Source: an uncultured Gammaproteobacteria bacterium
GTDB taxonomy: Bacteria; Patescibacteriota; Patescibacteriia; UBA1558; GWA2-36-10
Length of the DNA: 64,000 nt
Direction: 5' to 3'
Assembly (NCBI GenBank): GCA_964645825.1
Contig: CAZXZY010000001.1
Span: 17,362-81,361, forward strand
A model generated the notes under the pieces. It was not told the DNA's origin. It searched no databases and saw only the letters and a program-made list of their open reading frames with translations. The position numbers and the translations under genes were made by a program. Positions 27,911-37,320 of this stretch are shown in pieces. How positions within the stretch are numbered: the first letter of the stretch is position 1; every line of letters begins with the position of its first letter.

Positions 27911-28702
27911 TTATTTTTTAGCTAAAAATTGAATGGCGCTACCAAGACCTGGAAATATCTTAGCTAAAGTACGATGCTCTAATTTCAAATATGCTTTATA
28001 TATCTTTAAAAATCCCCTAGCCTCTGTCCGCGGCAAGTAATCGTAAGTATAAAATTGTTCTATTTTGAATCCTGTTTTTATTAAAGCTTGCTTCATTTGA
28101 CTTGGCAGAAAAACTTCGGCATCAGGCTCAATCATTTCTGGTGGCACAGTTTTTTGTGCTTTAAAAATATTTAAAACTCTAGTAATTAGTCTGACTAAAA
28201 TCCATAAATAAAAAAATGGATTAAACCATCTATGATAATTTGCATTAGGCTCACCCAAAATTATAAACTTGCCTTCCGGTTTTAAAACTCTGTATATTTC
28301 TTGAAAAGTTTTGTTCATAGCAAAAAAGTGATGCAACGAACCATTAATAACTACTAAATCAAAAAAATTATCTTGATAAGGCAAATTCACAACTTCACCT
28401 AAAGTAAAATTGACTTGCGGATATTTTTGCTTAGCAATATTTAAAACTTCTTCAGATAAATCAATACCATAAACTTCTTCAGATACTTGCAATAAACTAT
28501 TTGTCAGTCTTCCTGTGCCACAGGCTACATCTAAAGATTTGTTTACTTTATTATTTTTTAGAAATTTTTTAAGATTAACAAAATTCCAAGCATCAACTAT
28601 TTTAGCAGACTCGGTTTCTGTATGCCAAGCATCGTATTTAGCAGCTGTAGCATTATAATAATCTCGCTGAACTTGCTTTTTTTGTTGATAATTATCTTGC
28701 AT
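27911..28702 (-). CDS. class I SAM-dependent methyltransferase
   Basis: Motif I LDVACGTGRLT, motif II DLVVINGSLHH, post-I acidic residue. Confidence 0.75.
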   Translation of the reverse strand: MQDNYQQKKQVQRDYYNATAAKYDAWHTETESAKIVDAWNFVNLKKFLKNNKVNKSLDVACGTGRLTNSLLQVSEEVYGIDLSEEVLNIAKQKYPQVNFTLGEVVNLPYQDNFFDLVVINGSLHHFFAMNKTFQEIYRVLKPEGKFIILGEPNANYHRWFNPFFYLWILVRLITRVLNIFKAQKTVPPEMIEPDAEVFLPSQMKQALIKTGFKIEQFYTYDYLPRTEARGFLKIYKAYLKLEHRTLAKIFPGLGSAIQFLAKK

Positions 28703-28736
28703 AACAGCGAAATTATCTCATTTCTTAGGCTTTGTG

Positions 28737-28772
28737 TCAAAAAGAAAAGCCGCGATCGTGCATACGATCGCG
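28737..28772 (-). terminator. GC-rich intrinsic terminator of the small acidic ORF
   Basis: ccgcgatcg-tgcata-cgatcgcgg, then U-run on the minus strand. Confidence 0.5.
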
Positions 28773-28788
28773 GACTTCAAGTCTTTGA

Positions 28789-29043
28789 TTAGACATGTGC
28801 CTGTTGACAGAGCTCATCTATCTCAGCATCCAAAACTGTCCATTCAGCTGCTGTTAGATGAACGGTGTCATCGATGTCTTCTACGGCTTCTGGCCCCTGC
28901 TCTTTCATGTTAGATGCGCCAAGTTTGCATAATCTCTCCCAGAATGCAATTCTGGCCGCATCATCTGGACTGACATTGATCAGTCTCTGCATTGCGTGCT
29001 CCATGAATTTGCTTACAGTACCTCCTACCATGTTTCTGTCCAT
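28789..29043 (-). CDS. hypothetical acidic 84-aa protein, compositionally atypical (about 47% GC)
   Basis: Intact ORF with its own terminator. GC content is far above the roughly 31% background. No recognised motif. Confidence 0.4.
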   Translation of the reverse strand: MDRNMVGGTVSKFMEHAMQRLINVSPDDAARIAFWERLCKLGASNMKEQGPEAVEDIDDTVHLTAAEWTVLDAEIDELCQQAHV

Positions 29044-29096
29044 TTTCTCGCCCTTTCGTTTTAGTGTGTCAAGAACTAAGATTTTTAATATTTACC

Positions 29097-29162
29097 ATCT
29101 TCTCTATGTTTTGTCAATCATAACTAAATTTAATTGATTGACTAAGTAAAGTAAATATTTTA
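29097..29162. promoter_or_regulatory. divergent promoter pair: TTGACT-17-TATAAT for tRNA-Gln on the plus strand, and TTGACA-17-TAAATA on the minus strand for the small ORF
   Basis: The two -35 boxes form the inverted repeat tgtcaatca-N16-tgattgaca. The plus-strand -10 TATAAT lies 8 nt before the tRNA 5' end. Confidence 0.45.
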
Positions 29163-29176
29163 TAATATTTTCACGT

Positions 29177-29250
29177 TCGGGGATCGTCTAATGGTAGGAC
29201 GACTGGTTCTGGTCCAGTTAATCGGGGTTCGACTCCCTGTCCCCGAGCCA
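29177..29250 (+). tRNA. tRNA-Gln (anticodon CUG), CCA encoded
   Basis: Manual cloverleaf: acceptor TCGGGGA/TCCCCGA, D-arm GTCT-AATGGTA-GGAC, anticodon arm ACTGG-TTCTGGT-CCAGT, T-arm CGGGG-TTCGACT-CCCTG, discriminator G, CCA. Confidence 0.8.
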
Positions 29251-29332
29251 AACGAACGAAGTGAGTGCAGGCTCGGGATTATAGATCCGAGTCGAAAACG
29301 AGGCTCCTAAGATGCTGTGCAATAGCGCAGCG

Positions 29333-29345
29333 CCCCGAGCCAAAC
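29333..29345 (+). repeat. 13-nt direct repeat of the tRNA-Gln 3' end (ccccgagccaaac), 92 bp downstream of the first copy at 29241-29253
   Basis: Exact 13-mer duplication. The intervening 79 bp contains two short hairpins. Confidence 0.6.
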
Positions 29346-29383
29346 AAAAAATCGCCTAACTGGCGACTTTTTTATTTTATATT

Positions 29384-29824
29384 TTAGTTAAACTTTTTAT
29401 CAATGCTGGCAACTTGTGTGTGCTCGCGCCTAACTTCTGAAATTTTTAATGAAGCAATAAGTAGCATTAATAATGTATGAAAAAAACCTAAAAACATAGC
29501 TGCAAAAGCAACTGAATCCATTGATATGTCAATAAGTAATGCAAATAAGATTGAACTGATTGTACTTAAAATTAATAAAACCACACCCAATGTGACAGAC
29601 ATGATTTTAAAATTGGTTGGCTTTTTTATTTTACGCTTTAAAAAGTTTAAAAGGAGATAATAAAAAAATAAGAATACTAAACCAAAAGTACCTACAATAA
29701 GTGATTCACCCTCAACACCGCGATCTGATAATACACCAAAAATAATAAAAGCTATCAAAATCCATATAACAAAGATCGTTATCTTTTCAGATCGTGATTT
29801 TTTTGTTTTGTTTAATTTGCTCAT
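29384..29824 (-). CDS. 4-TM membrane protein, unknown function
   Basis: Hydrophobic profile only. Confidence 0.4.
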   Translation of the reverse strand: MSKLNKTKKSRSEKITIFVIWILIAFIIFGVLSDRGVEGESLIVGTFGLVFLFFYYLLLNFLKRKIKKPTNFKIMSVTLGVVLLILSTISSILFALLIDISMDSVAFAAMFLGFFHTLLMLLIASLKISEVRREHTQVASIDKKFN

Positions 29825-29853
29825 AGTATAAAAATTAAAATTTGATTACACTT

Positions 29854-31347
29854 TTACAAAACTTCTCCACCAAAAGTATCAACTGCATCCCCCACCTCTT
29901 CTTCTTGACTACCTTTGAATTTTTGTTGATTAGTTTTAAAATCTTCGTCTATTTTTAGCACTGTTTTGATTGAACGGCCTAAAATATTAGTTAAATTTTT
30001 ATTTATTTCTTCAGCTACACCTGGCTTATCTAATTGCTCAATATGAAATGGATATTCAAGGCCTACGGTAATAACTTCTGTTTGAATATCTAATGGATGA
30101 GCACTTTGAATGATGCCGGCCAGAGAAGAGTTCAATGGCTTCAAGGCGCTTACTAATTCAGTCCATTGTTTTTGTAAACTAACATAGTCTTTATTATCTA
30201 TAGCTAGAGTTTGAGCTGTTGTAGTGACAGTTGGCTCTGGACTAGCAATGTCAGCTGTAGCTAATAAAAATTCAATGCAAGCTAATTCTAATGGCAATTG
30301 ATCGATTACAACAGCTTGTTGGCTTTGAACTTTAGCTAATAGTATATTTAATAAACGGGAAATATCAGCTAAAGGAAAATTAGAGGCATGTTTTTTGATC
30401 ATTTCTACGAAATGTTCATCAAATTCTAGCTGAAAATCAGCTCCAATAACCTGATAAAGCATAATTTGACGAGTATATTCGATCAAATCCGAAGTCAAAC
30501 TATCTATATCTACACCTTCAGCTACTAATTTATTGATTTGATTTAATACAGCTGGCAGATTGTGCATCCGTAAGCCCTCAACTAAAGCGTCTATTTCTTG
30601 CCAATTATTACGTGGCAAAACTAGAGAAATCAAATCATCAGTCACTTGACCATGAGACAAAGCAATGATCTGTCCCAAAAGTGATTCAGCATCACGCAAA
30701 CATCCTTCTGAGCGACGAGCGATTTGAGTCAAAACTTTATCATCGATAGTTATTTTTTCCCATTCTATAATCTCACTTAACCTCTTTACTACATCAGCTA
30801 AAGGGATTTTTTTGAAATCAAAACGCTGACAACGAGAAATGATTGTTTCTGGTACTTTATGAATTTCAGTTGTAGCTAAAATAAATATCACTCGCTTTGG
30901 TGGCTCTTCAAGAGTTTTGAGTAGAGCATTAAAAGCGGATTTGGAAAGCATGTGGACTTCATCGATCACAAAAACTTTATAGCCGTTTTTGTTGAAAGGT
31001 GGAACTTGAGCATTGGCAATAATATTTTCTCTAACATTGTCCACTCCAGTATGCGAAGCGGCGTCAATTTCGATCACATCCAAAGTTTGATTATGCAAAA
31101 AGTTTTCACAAGCCTGGCAAACATTACATGGCTCACTAGAATCATCCTTACGATCAAGACAATTTAATGAGCGTGCAAAAAGACGGGCCAAGGTAGTCTT
31201 GCCCGTTCCTCTGGGACCTACAAATAAGTAAGCGTGAGCGATTTGCCCAGAAGTGATCTCACTCTGCAAAGTAACTTTAATTGGCCGTTGGCCAACTACT
31301 TCTTTGAAGAGCTTCGGTCGATATTTTCGGTAAATGACTTCAGACAT
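29854..31347 (-). CDS. dnaX: DNA polymerase III subunit gamma/tau
   Basis: YRPKLFKEVVGQ, Walker A GPRGTGKTT, zinc module CNVCQAC, SRC motif. Confidence 0.9.
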   Translation of the reverse strand: MSEVIYRKYRPKLFKEVVGQRPIKVTLQSEITSGQIAHAYLFVGPRGTGKTTLARLFARSLNCLDRKDDSSEPCNVCQACENFLHNQTLDVIEIDAASHTGVDNVRENIIANAQVPPFNKNGYKVFVIDEVHMLSKSAFNALLKTLEEPPKRVIFILATTEIHKVPETIISRCQRFDFKKIPLADVVKRLSEIIEWEKITIDDKVLTQIARRSEGCLRDAESLLGQIIALSHGQVTDDLISLVLPRNNWQEIDALVEGLRMHNLPAVLNQINKLVAEGVDIDSLTSDLIEYTRQIMLYQVIGADFQLEFDEHFVEMIKKHASNFPLADISRLLNILLAKVQSQQAVVIDQLPLELACIEFLLATADIASPEPTVTTTAQTLAIDNKDYVSLQKQWTELVSALKPLNSSLAGIIQSAHPLDIQTEVITVGLEYPFHIEQLDKPGVAEEINKNLTNILGRSIKTVLKIDEDFKTNQQKFKGSQEEEVGDAVDTFGGEVL

Positions 31348-31353
31348 GTGTAT

Positions 31354-31959
31354 TTACAAATCAATTTCCAATTCGTCTACGTTTTCACTTTTTTTATTTG
31401 TATTTTGATTTTGTTGTTTTTGTTTTATGATATTTTCAACGGCAGCCCATTCACTATCTGCTGCCTTAGGCACTAAGATGACAATTTCATCACCTTCATC
31501 GCCCTTGAAATAAGTAACACTGGCTAATAATACTTTAAAAACTTTATCCCCAGCCAAGACTACAAAATCTCCGCTAGATTGTTCTTTGACTAGATGACCA
31601 ACCAATCTTTGTCTATCCACAGGAGAAATTTGTTTAAAAACAAAGGCGCCGTTATTATCTATGTTCAGTTTTAAAATGTCTCCTTCAACTAGTTTTGATT
31701 TGGAGGCATAATTTGCTGGTACGGAATATTGTTTACCATCTGGACCAATCATCACTTGACCGTTAAAAACACCTTCTATGACCATGCCAGCATCGCCTTG
31801 AGATTCTTGACCAAATTCCGCTGCCTTCAAACTATAATCCACAGCTGATTTAGTTGACTTACCGCCCAATTCACCCAAAATCATTTTGGTTTTTTCGAGC
31901 TCTAGTTCTAAATTGTAAACCAAAGATTCTAGTTCTTTGACCTTTTTCGCGTTCGACAT
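31354..31959 (-). CDS. hypothetical protein (N-terminal coiled coil, C-terminal beta-rich domain)
   Basis: No recognised motif; immediately upstream of dnaX. Confidence 0.4.
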   Translation of the reverse strand: MSNAKKVKELESLVYNLELELEKTKMILGELGGKSTKSAVDYSLKAAEFGQESQGDAGMVIEGVFNGQVMIGPDGKQYSVPANYASKSKLVEGDILKLNIDNNGAFVFKQISPVDRQRLVGHLVKEQSSGDFVVLAGDKVFKVLLASVTYFKGDEGDEIVILVPKAADSEWAAVENIIKQKQQNQNTNKKSENVDELEIDL

Positions 31960-31994
31960 TTTTATTTTTGTGTTTATATTTTTCTATTCTAACA

Positions 31995-32030
31995 ATAACA
32001 TAAAAACGTCCATATTTCAATAGACGTTTT
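31995..32030 (-). terminator. intrinsic terminator after the fused ATPase gene
   Basis: aaaacgtc-N12-gacgtttt plus U-run. Confidence 0.5.
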
Positions 32031-32049
32031 GTAGTGAATTGTTGATAAT

Positions 32050-34512
32050 TTAGACAATAATTCGCTTATTAATTTCGGCTTCTATTTGTTCTTTGGCGCG
32101 TCCATATTTCAACGCTGAAAGCTCTTTAATGGCTGCCGCTAACTCAAAATGACCTTTTTCTGCCATGATGGGGTTAAAATTAAAAGCTGGCGGAGCAGCG
32201 TTGTCTATCAATAATCTGGTATAACAAGTATATTTTGGCATATTAATAAGATCATATTCCGATACTATCGGTGCCATTTGTTTAGCAATAGTTTCTGCAT
32301 CTTCAACACCAATCCGGAAAGAAACAATTGTGCCGACATTGCCAAAGATAGCATCACGTACCCTGGTATCACCATTCTTGACTAGCTGTGCAATAAATTG
32401 ATGAGCCAAAATTAAATCAAGTCGATACTTACGTGCTTCAGATAAAATGACTGAGATACTCTCTGTAATAAAATTTTGGAACTCATCTATATAAAGATAG
32501 AAATCGCTTCTTTTATCTTCTTCTAAATTGACTCGGCTCATAGCGGCAAATAATAATTTACCGATAATAATCATGCCAAGTAAATTACTGTTCATTTCGC
32601 CTATCTTGCCTTTAGATAAATTTACTAAAATAATTTTATTACTGTCCATTGCTTCTCTAAAATTAAAAGCAGATTTAGCCTGAGCAATAATTGGTCTAAT
32701 CAAATCGTTAGATATAAATGGAGTTAGCTTACTAGTGATATAAGGAACCATATTAGCTAAAGAAGCTTCACCTCCTGCTTTTTGAGCCTCCTTTTCCCAA
32801 AATTCTTTGACAAATCTATTTTTAACAGTAGCTAATTTTGTTTTTCTAAATTCGGCATCGGCTAACACCCGAGGAATCTCTACTAAAGTGGCACCACTAA
32901 GCTTATCATCCATCACCAACAACATCGCATTACGCATATACTGCTCAAACATTGGGCCACCAGTAGCTTTTAGATCATAAAGTTTATCAAAAATGGCAAT
33001 CATTTCATTGATCACAAAAGTTTTTTGCTCTTCTGTATCATATTCGAGCATATTCATACCCAAAGGTCGCTCAGAATTAGCTGGGTCAAATAAAATCACG
33101 TCTTCTGCTCTCTCTTTTGGCACATGAGTTAAGGCAGTTTCAATCAAGTCACCATGTGGATCAACCACACAAACGCCCTTACCCGCTTTAATATCTTGGA
33201 TAATCAAACTTTCTTGAAAAACAGACTTACCAGTACCAGTTTGCCCAATAATATACATGTGTCTTCTTCTGTCCGCTGCCTTCATACGAATCAGGCTTTC
33301 TTTACCACGATAAGTATTTTTACCTAAAATTAAACCATCAGTCGGAATATTAGCTGGTGGAGAAGCTTTAACAGCGTCTAACCAATCAATATTTGGTGTA
33401 GAGGTAGTGGTTAATGGCAAATGAATAACACTAACCATCTCTTCGGCGTTCAAAATTAGACGGTCTACAGCCGAAAATTGTCGATAAATAAAATTTTGAA
33501 TTATTTGATCATTTTTCTTATAAGTTACAGCTTTGAAGCTATTGCCAAATTCATAAATATTATACTGGGTATAACTATTCAAAATATCTTGCAAAGCAGC
33601 TTCGGCTTTTGCCTCCTCTTTACTAGCTACTACTATACGAATATTTACATCAAGCCCTGGTTTAGAAGTTTTTTCTTCTATCATTTTACTAGCCTGCTGT
33701 TCCATAGCTGACATTTGATGTTGCTCTCCTCTATTTTGCATTACATTTTCCGCTGGACCTTTTTTATCGGTACTGATAATCTTCAATATAAATTCTATTA
33801 GCTTCCCTAAAATTTTTATCAAACCTGTGCCATGAACTTTATCGATGGCTGATTGAAAAGTCATACCATCATTAACATTTTTAATAATCTTCCTGGCTCG
33901 AGCATGCCACTTTTTAGGAGCAGAACGAAAAATATACTGCACTGCAGCTGCTTCATCTTCAGCTAATTTACTTAAAATATTAGTAATACTTTCTAGTGGA
34001 TCATTAGAAAAACTAGGGTATGTTTTTATAGGTAATGCAACATCGTTAGCAAAAATCAAATTACCAGCTTTAATAAAACTATTTGATTTGAAAATGTTAT
34101 AATCCTCTACATCTTCAAAATAAACCTTTGGATAAACAGCCTGTATTTGTTGAATAAAAAATTCTCTAAATTTATGAGGTACAGCTGCATAAAATTGGAT
34201 CATGCCTTTTTGGACAACTATTTCCAAAGAAAATGTATCCTCTCGTATTTTCATGCCCTTATCTGCCTTGAGTGCTGCTAAAGAAGTGAATAAGTGTTCA
34301 ATTTGTCCTAAGGTTTGAGTAATATAGTCTTGGCTTAATTCCTCTTTTTCGCCTTTAGTATACTTAGGAATTTTTATCAATAATATATCTAATTTAAGAT
34401 TTTTATTTACTTTTTTATTAAATTTTTTCAATACAAAAATAATAGACGTCGCAGCTATAGCTAGCGCTAACACAATGGCAATTAAAGTTGTCCAAGTGAT
34501 TTGAATTTCCAT
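32050..34512 (-). CDS. fused membrane-anchor + FtsK/HerA-superfamily ATPase (820 aa); paralog of the split pair at 20683-23916
   Basis: N-terminal TM, LPIKTYPSFSNDP segment, Walker A GQTGTGKS, VVDPHGDL, Walker B YLYIDEFQNF, ARKYRLDLILAHQ. About 60% identity to the split ATPase around the P-loop. Confidence 0.6.
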   Translation of the reverse strand: MEIQITWTTLIAIVLALAIAATSIIFVLKKFNKKVNKNLKLDILLIKIPKYTKGEKEELSQDYITQTLGQIEHLFTSLAALKADKGMKIREDTFSLEIVVQKGMIQFYAAVPHKFREFFIQQIQAVYPKVYFEDVEDYNIFKSNSFIKAGNLIFANDVALPIKTYPSFSNDPLESITNILSKLAEDEAAAVQYIFRSAPKKWHARARKIIKNVNDGMTFQSAIDKVHGTGLIKILGKLIEFILKIISTDKKGPAENVMQNRGEQHQMSAMEQQASKMIEEKTSKPGLDVNIRIVVASKEEAKAEAALQDILNSYTQYNIYEFGNSFKAVTYKKNDQIIQNFIYRQFSAVDRLILNAEEMVSVIHLPLTTTSTPNIDWLDAVKASPPANIPTDGLILGKNTYRGKESLIRMKAADRRRHMYIIGQTGTGKSVFQESLIIQDIKAGKGVCVVDPHGDLIETALTHVPKERAEDVILFDPANSERPLGMNMLEYDTEEQKTFVINEMIAIFDKLYDLKATGGPMFEQYMRNAMLLVMDDKLSGATLVEIPRVLADAEFRKTKLATVKNRFVKEFWEKEAQKAGGEASLANMVPYITSKLTPFISNDLIRPIIAQAKSAFNFREAMDSNKIILVNLSKGKIGEMNSNLLGMIIIGKLLFAAMSRVNLEEDKRSDFYLYIDEFQNFITESISVILSEARKYRLDLILAHQFIAQLVKNGDTRVRDAIFGNVGTIVSFRIGVEDAETIAKQMAPIVSEYDLINMPKYTCYTRLLIDNAAPPAFNFNPIMAEKGHFELAAAIKELSALKYGRAKEQIEAEINKRIIV

Positions 34513-34515
34513 GAA

Positions 34516-34986
34516 TTATTTATTGTATAAACGTAAAATTTCGTCAGCTTTTATTTTGGCTTCTTGTTCTAAAAAATGTTGATTGACTTGTGGGATTATC
34601 TTTAACCAACTAACAATCAAATCTATAATTTTTTGTAATTTTGCTTTACCAGAACTTAATAAATTGTTAACTTCTTTGGCTGTTTGCTCTCCTTTTTGCT
34701 TAAAGGTGACCTGAGTGGCTGCGTCCATAGACAAAAACATACTTTCTAGACCCTGAGAAAGAATACTTTCTACTTTTTTAAGCTCTATTTCAGAACTAGG
34801 CTGAGTAAGTGGAGCTTGAGGAGTTGACGGTAAAACAAAATCACTAGGTAATTGAGTTTTTTGTTCAGTCACAGCTGTTTCTGATTTTTTCTCTGTGACT
34901 TGTTCGGGATTAACTTCAGCTTGCTCTAGAATACTAGAAGCTTCCTGATTTACAATAGGTTGTTCAACATTTTTTATTTCAGACAT
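34516..34986 (-). CDS. hypothetical acidic protein, co-operonic with the fused ATPase
   Basis: 4-nt gap to the downstream gene; Glu/Gln-rich N-terminus; no motif. Confidence 0.4.
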   Translation of the reverse strand: MSEIKNVEQPIVNQEASSILEQAEVNPEQVTEKKSETAVTEQKTQLPSDFVLPSTPQAPLTQPSSEIELKKVESILSQGLESMFLSMDAATQVTFKQKGEQTAKEVNNLLSSGKAKLQKIIDLIVSWLKIIPQVNQHFLEQEAKIKADEILRLYNK

Positions 34987-34993
34987 GGATATA

Positions 34994-35470
34994 TTATACC
35001 AAATTTTGCTTCCTGATGCGAATTAATTTTTTATAAATTAGATCTCGATCTTTTATGTTAGTAAGATAAAATTTTCTTTTTTTGCTTTGCAAGCAAATAC
35101 TGTACAGGCCTTTTCTAGTAATTTTATTTATTTTAGATAATTTTATTTCCCCAACATGCTGATAATCTGCTTTATTTTTTAATTTGAGATGAATTAAACG
35201 TTGATTAGTTAATAAATAACAATCAGCTTGTTTCAAAAGATTTTGAACAACTACAACAATCAAAATTATAATCAAGGTCAGCCACAGGCCGAAGCCTTGT
35301 CGACCTCTAATGCTCATGGGATAAAGCATAAAAAAAGCCATCGGAAAACCGATGAACATTAAAACATAAAAAAACAAATTTTTGCTACGTAATTTAATCA
35401 CTAAACGTAGCTCTTCATTAAATTGTAAAAATTTGTTAAAATTACTCATAGTATGAAAAGAAAGACTCAA
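34994..35470 (-). CDS. membrane protein with bacterial PH-like (YdbS/YdbT-type) domain
   Basis: Two TM helices followed by the pattern LLTNQRLIHLK...GLYSICLQSKKRKFYLTNIKD. Confidence 0.4.
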   Translation of the reverse strand: MSLSFHTMSNFNKFLQFNEELRLVIKLRSKNLFFYVLMFIGFPMAFFMLYPMSIRGRQGFGLWLTLIIILIVVVVQNLLKQADCYLLTNQRLIHLKLKNKADYQHVGEIKLSKINKITRKGLYSICLQSKKRKFYLTNIKDRDLIYKKLIRIRKQNLV

Positions 35471-35544
35471 AAAAGAATTTGGTTTGTATTGTCTATTTTT
35501 ATAATCCTGTCCATGATTCTATGGACTATTGGATTAGGACTAGT

Positions 35545-37320
35545 TTAATCCTTTTTCAAAATAGCTAAATAGGCTTCCTGCGGAATGGCAATCTTACCAC
35601 CTTGGGCCATTCTTTTTTTACCTTTTTTCTGTTTTTCTAGAAGTTTTCTTTTACGAGTAACATCACCTCCATAGAGTTTTGCGGTCACATCTTTACGTAA
35701 AGCAGATAATTTATCACCAGCTACTACTTTTCCGCCGACAGCGGCTTGCAATTTAATAACAAACTGCGCTTTCGGTAAAACATCTTTTAGTTTACCGATT
35801 ATTTTTTTACCTACCTTATGAGCCTGATCTTTGTATACTAAAGTAGTTAAAGCTTCAGCTGCAACCTCTGCTACTAGAATGTCCATCTTTACTATCTCAC
35901 ATTTTTCATAACCAACCAAATCATAATTCATAGAAGCGTAGCCTGAGGAAATACTTTTGATGTTATCATAAAAATCTACCAAGACTCGGCTCAGCGGAAT
36001 ATGATATTTCAAAATTACTAATTCTTCGTCTAAATATTCAGTATTTTTAGCAATCCCTCTTTGCTCAATAATATAAGACATTAAATCACCGATATATTCC
36101 TTAGGTGATAAGACTTCAATATCAACATAAGGCTCTTCGATAAAATCGATCTGACTTGGATCTGGCATTTCTGAGGGAGTGGTCAAGATAATTTCTTCAC
36201 CTTTGGTCAAATATATTTTATAAGCTACGGTTGGCGTGGTTACTATTAAATCAAGATTAAATTCTCTTTTTAATCTTTCTTGAAAAATTTCTAAATGCAA
36301 CAAACCTAAAAATCCACAACGGAAACCAAATCCTAAAGCTTGTGAACTAGCCGGTTCATAATCTAAACTAGCATCGCTAAGTTTTAATTTCATGATTGCA
36401 TCACGCAATTTTTGGTATTCACTTCCTTCTTGTGGAAAAATTCCAGCATAAACCATTGGCCGAACGGCTTTGTAGCCAGCCAGAGCTGTGGTTTCTGTAC
36501 CTTGTTTGATAATAGTGTCACCAACTTGAGCTTGATCCAAATTTTTGACACCAGTAACTAAATATCCAATTTCGCCGTTATGTAATTGCTCGGTGCTGAC
36601 CCAGTTTGGCTGAAAATAACCAACATCCAAAACTTCAGTCGGCTCGCCAGTGGCGGCGAACTTTACTTTGTCTCCTTTTTTTAGATCACCACCAAACACA
36701 CGAACATAAATAACAACGCCTCGATATTCATCATAAGTAGAATCAAAAACTAAAGCTCGTAATTCTTCGTTATCTACTTTTGGTGGTGGCACATTATCTA
36801 CCACTGTTTGTAAAACAGCTTCTATCCCCTCGCCGGTTTTAGCTGAAACTAAAATAATATCTTCTTGTTTACAGCCTAAGATGCTAATAATTTCATGACT
36901 GACTTTTTCTACGTTAGCAGCTGGTAAATCAATTTTATTTATAACTGGAATAATCTTTAAATCTTGCTCGACAGCTAAATATAAATTCGCTAAAGTTTGT
37001 GCTTCTACACCTTGAGCTGCATCAACTAACAAAATAGCTCCTTCTACGGCAGCCAAAGAGCGTGATACTTCATAACTAAAATCAACATGCCCCGGAGTAT
37101 CGATTAAATTCAACATAAAATCTTTCCAAAGCATGCGAGCTGGTTGTAGCTTTATGGTAATTCCCCTTTCTCTTTCCAACTCCATCTGATCCAAAAGTTG
37201 TGCTTTCATTTTACGCTCATCAACAGTATGAGTTACTTCCAACATTCGATCAGCCAAGGTAGATTTACCATGGTCTATATGGGCAATTATACAAAAATTT
37301 CTAATTTTACTTTTGTCCAT
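35545..37320 (-). CDS. lepA: elongation factor 4
   Basis: IIAHIDHGKSTL, DTPGHVDF, LepA C-terminal domain. Confidence 0.95.
   Translation of the reverse strand: MDKSKIRNFCIIAHIDHGKSTLADRMLEVTHTVDERKMKAQLLDQMELERERGITIKLQPARMLWKDFMLNLIDTPGHVDFSYEVSRSLAAVEGAILLVDAAQGVEAQTLANLYLAVEQDLKIIPVINKIDLPAANVEKVSHEIISILGCKQEDIILVSAKTGEGIEAVLQTVVDNVPPPKVDNEELRALVFDSTYDEYRGVVIYVRVFGGDLKKGDKVKFAATGEPTEVLDVGYFQPNWVSTEQLHNGEIGYLVTGVKNLDQAQVGDTIIKQGTETTALAGYKAVRPMVYAGIFPQEGSEYQKLRDAIMKLKLSDASLDYEPASSQALGFGFRCGFLGLLHLEIFQERLKREFNLDLIVTTPTVAYKIYLTKGEEIILTTPSEMPDPSQIDFIEEPYVDIEVLSPKEYIGDLMSYIIEQRGIAKNTEYLDEELVILKYHIPLSRVLVDFYDNIKSISSGYASMNYDLVGYEKCEIVKMDILVAEVAAEALTTLVYKDQAHKVGKKIIGKLKDVLPKAQFVIKLQAAVGGKVVAGDKLSALRKDVTAKLYGGDVTRKRKLLEKQKKGKKRMAQGGKIAIPQEAYLAILKKD

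Noticed and set aside
29254-29332. Possible second tRNA between the 13-nt repeats
   Set aside because: Acceptor-like pairing exists, but no canonical D, anticodon or T arms could be built. It is treated as a scar or pseudo element, not a gene.
35471-35544. Hairpin ggatta-N9-taatcc downstream of lepA
   Set aside because: The T-run follows on the plus strand only, where no gene ends, so it is not a convincing terminator.
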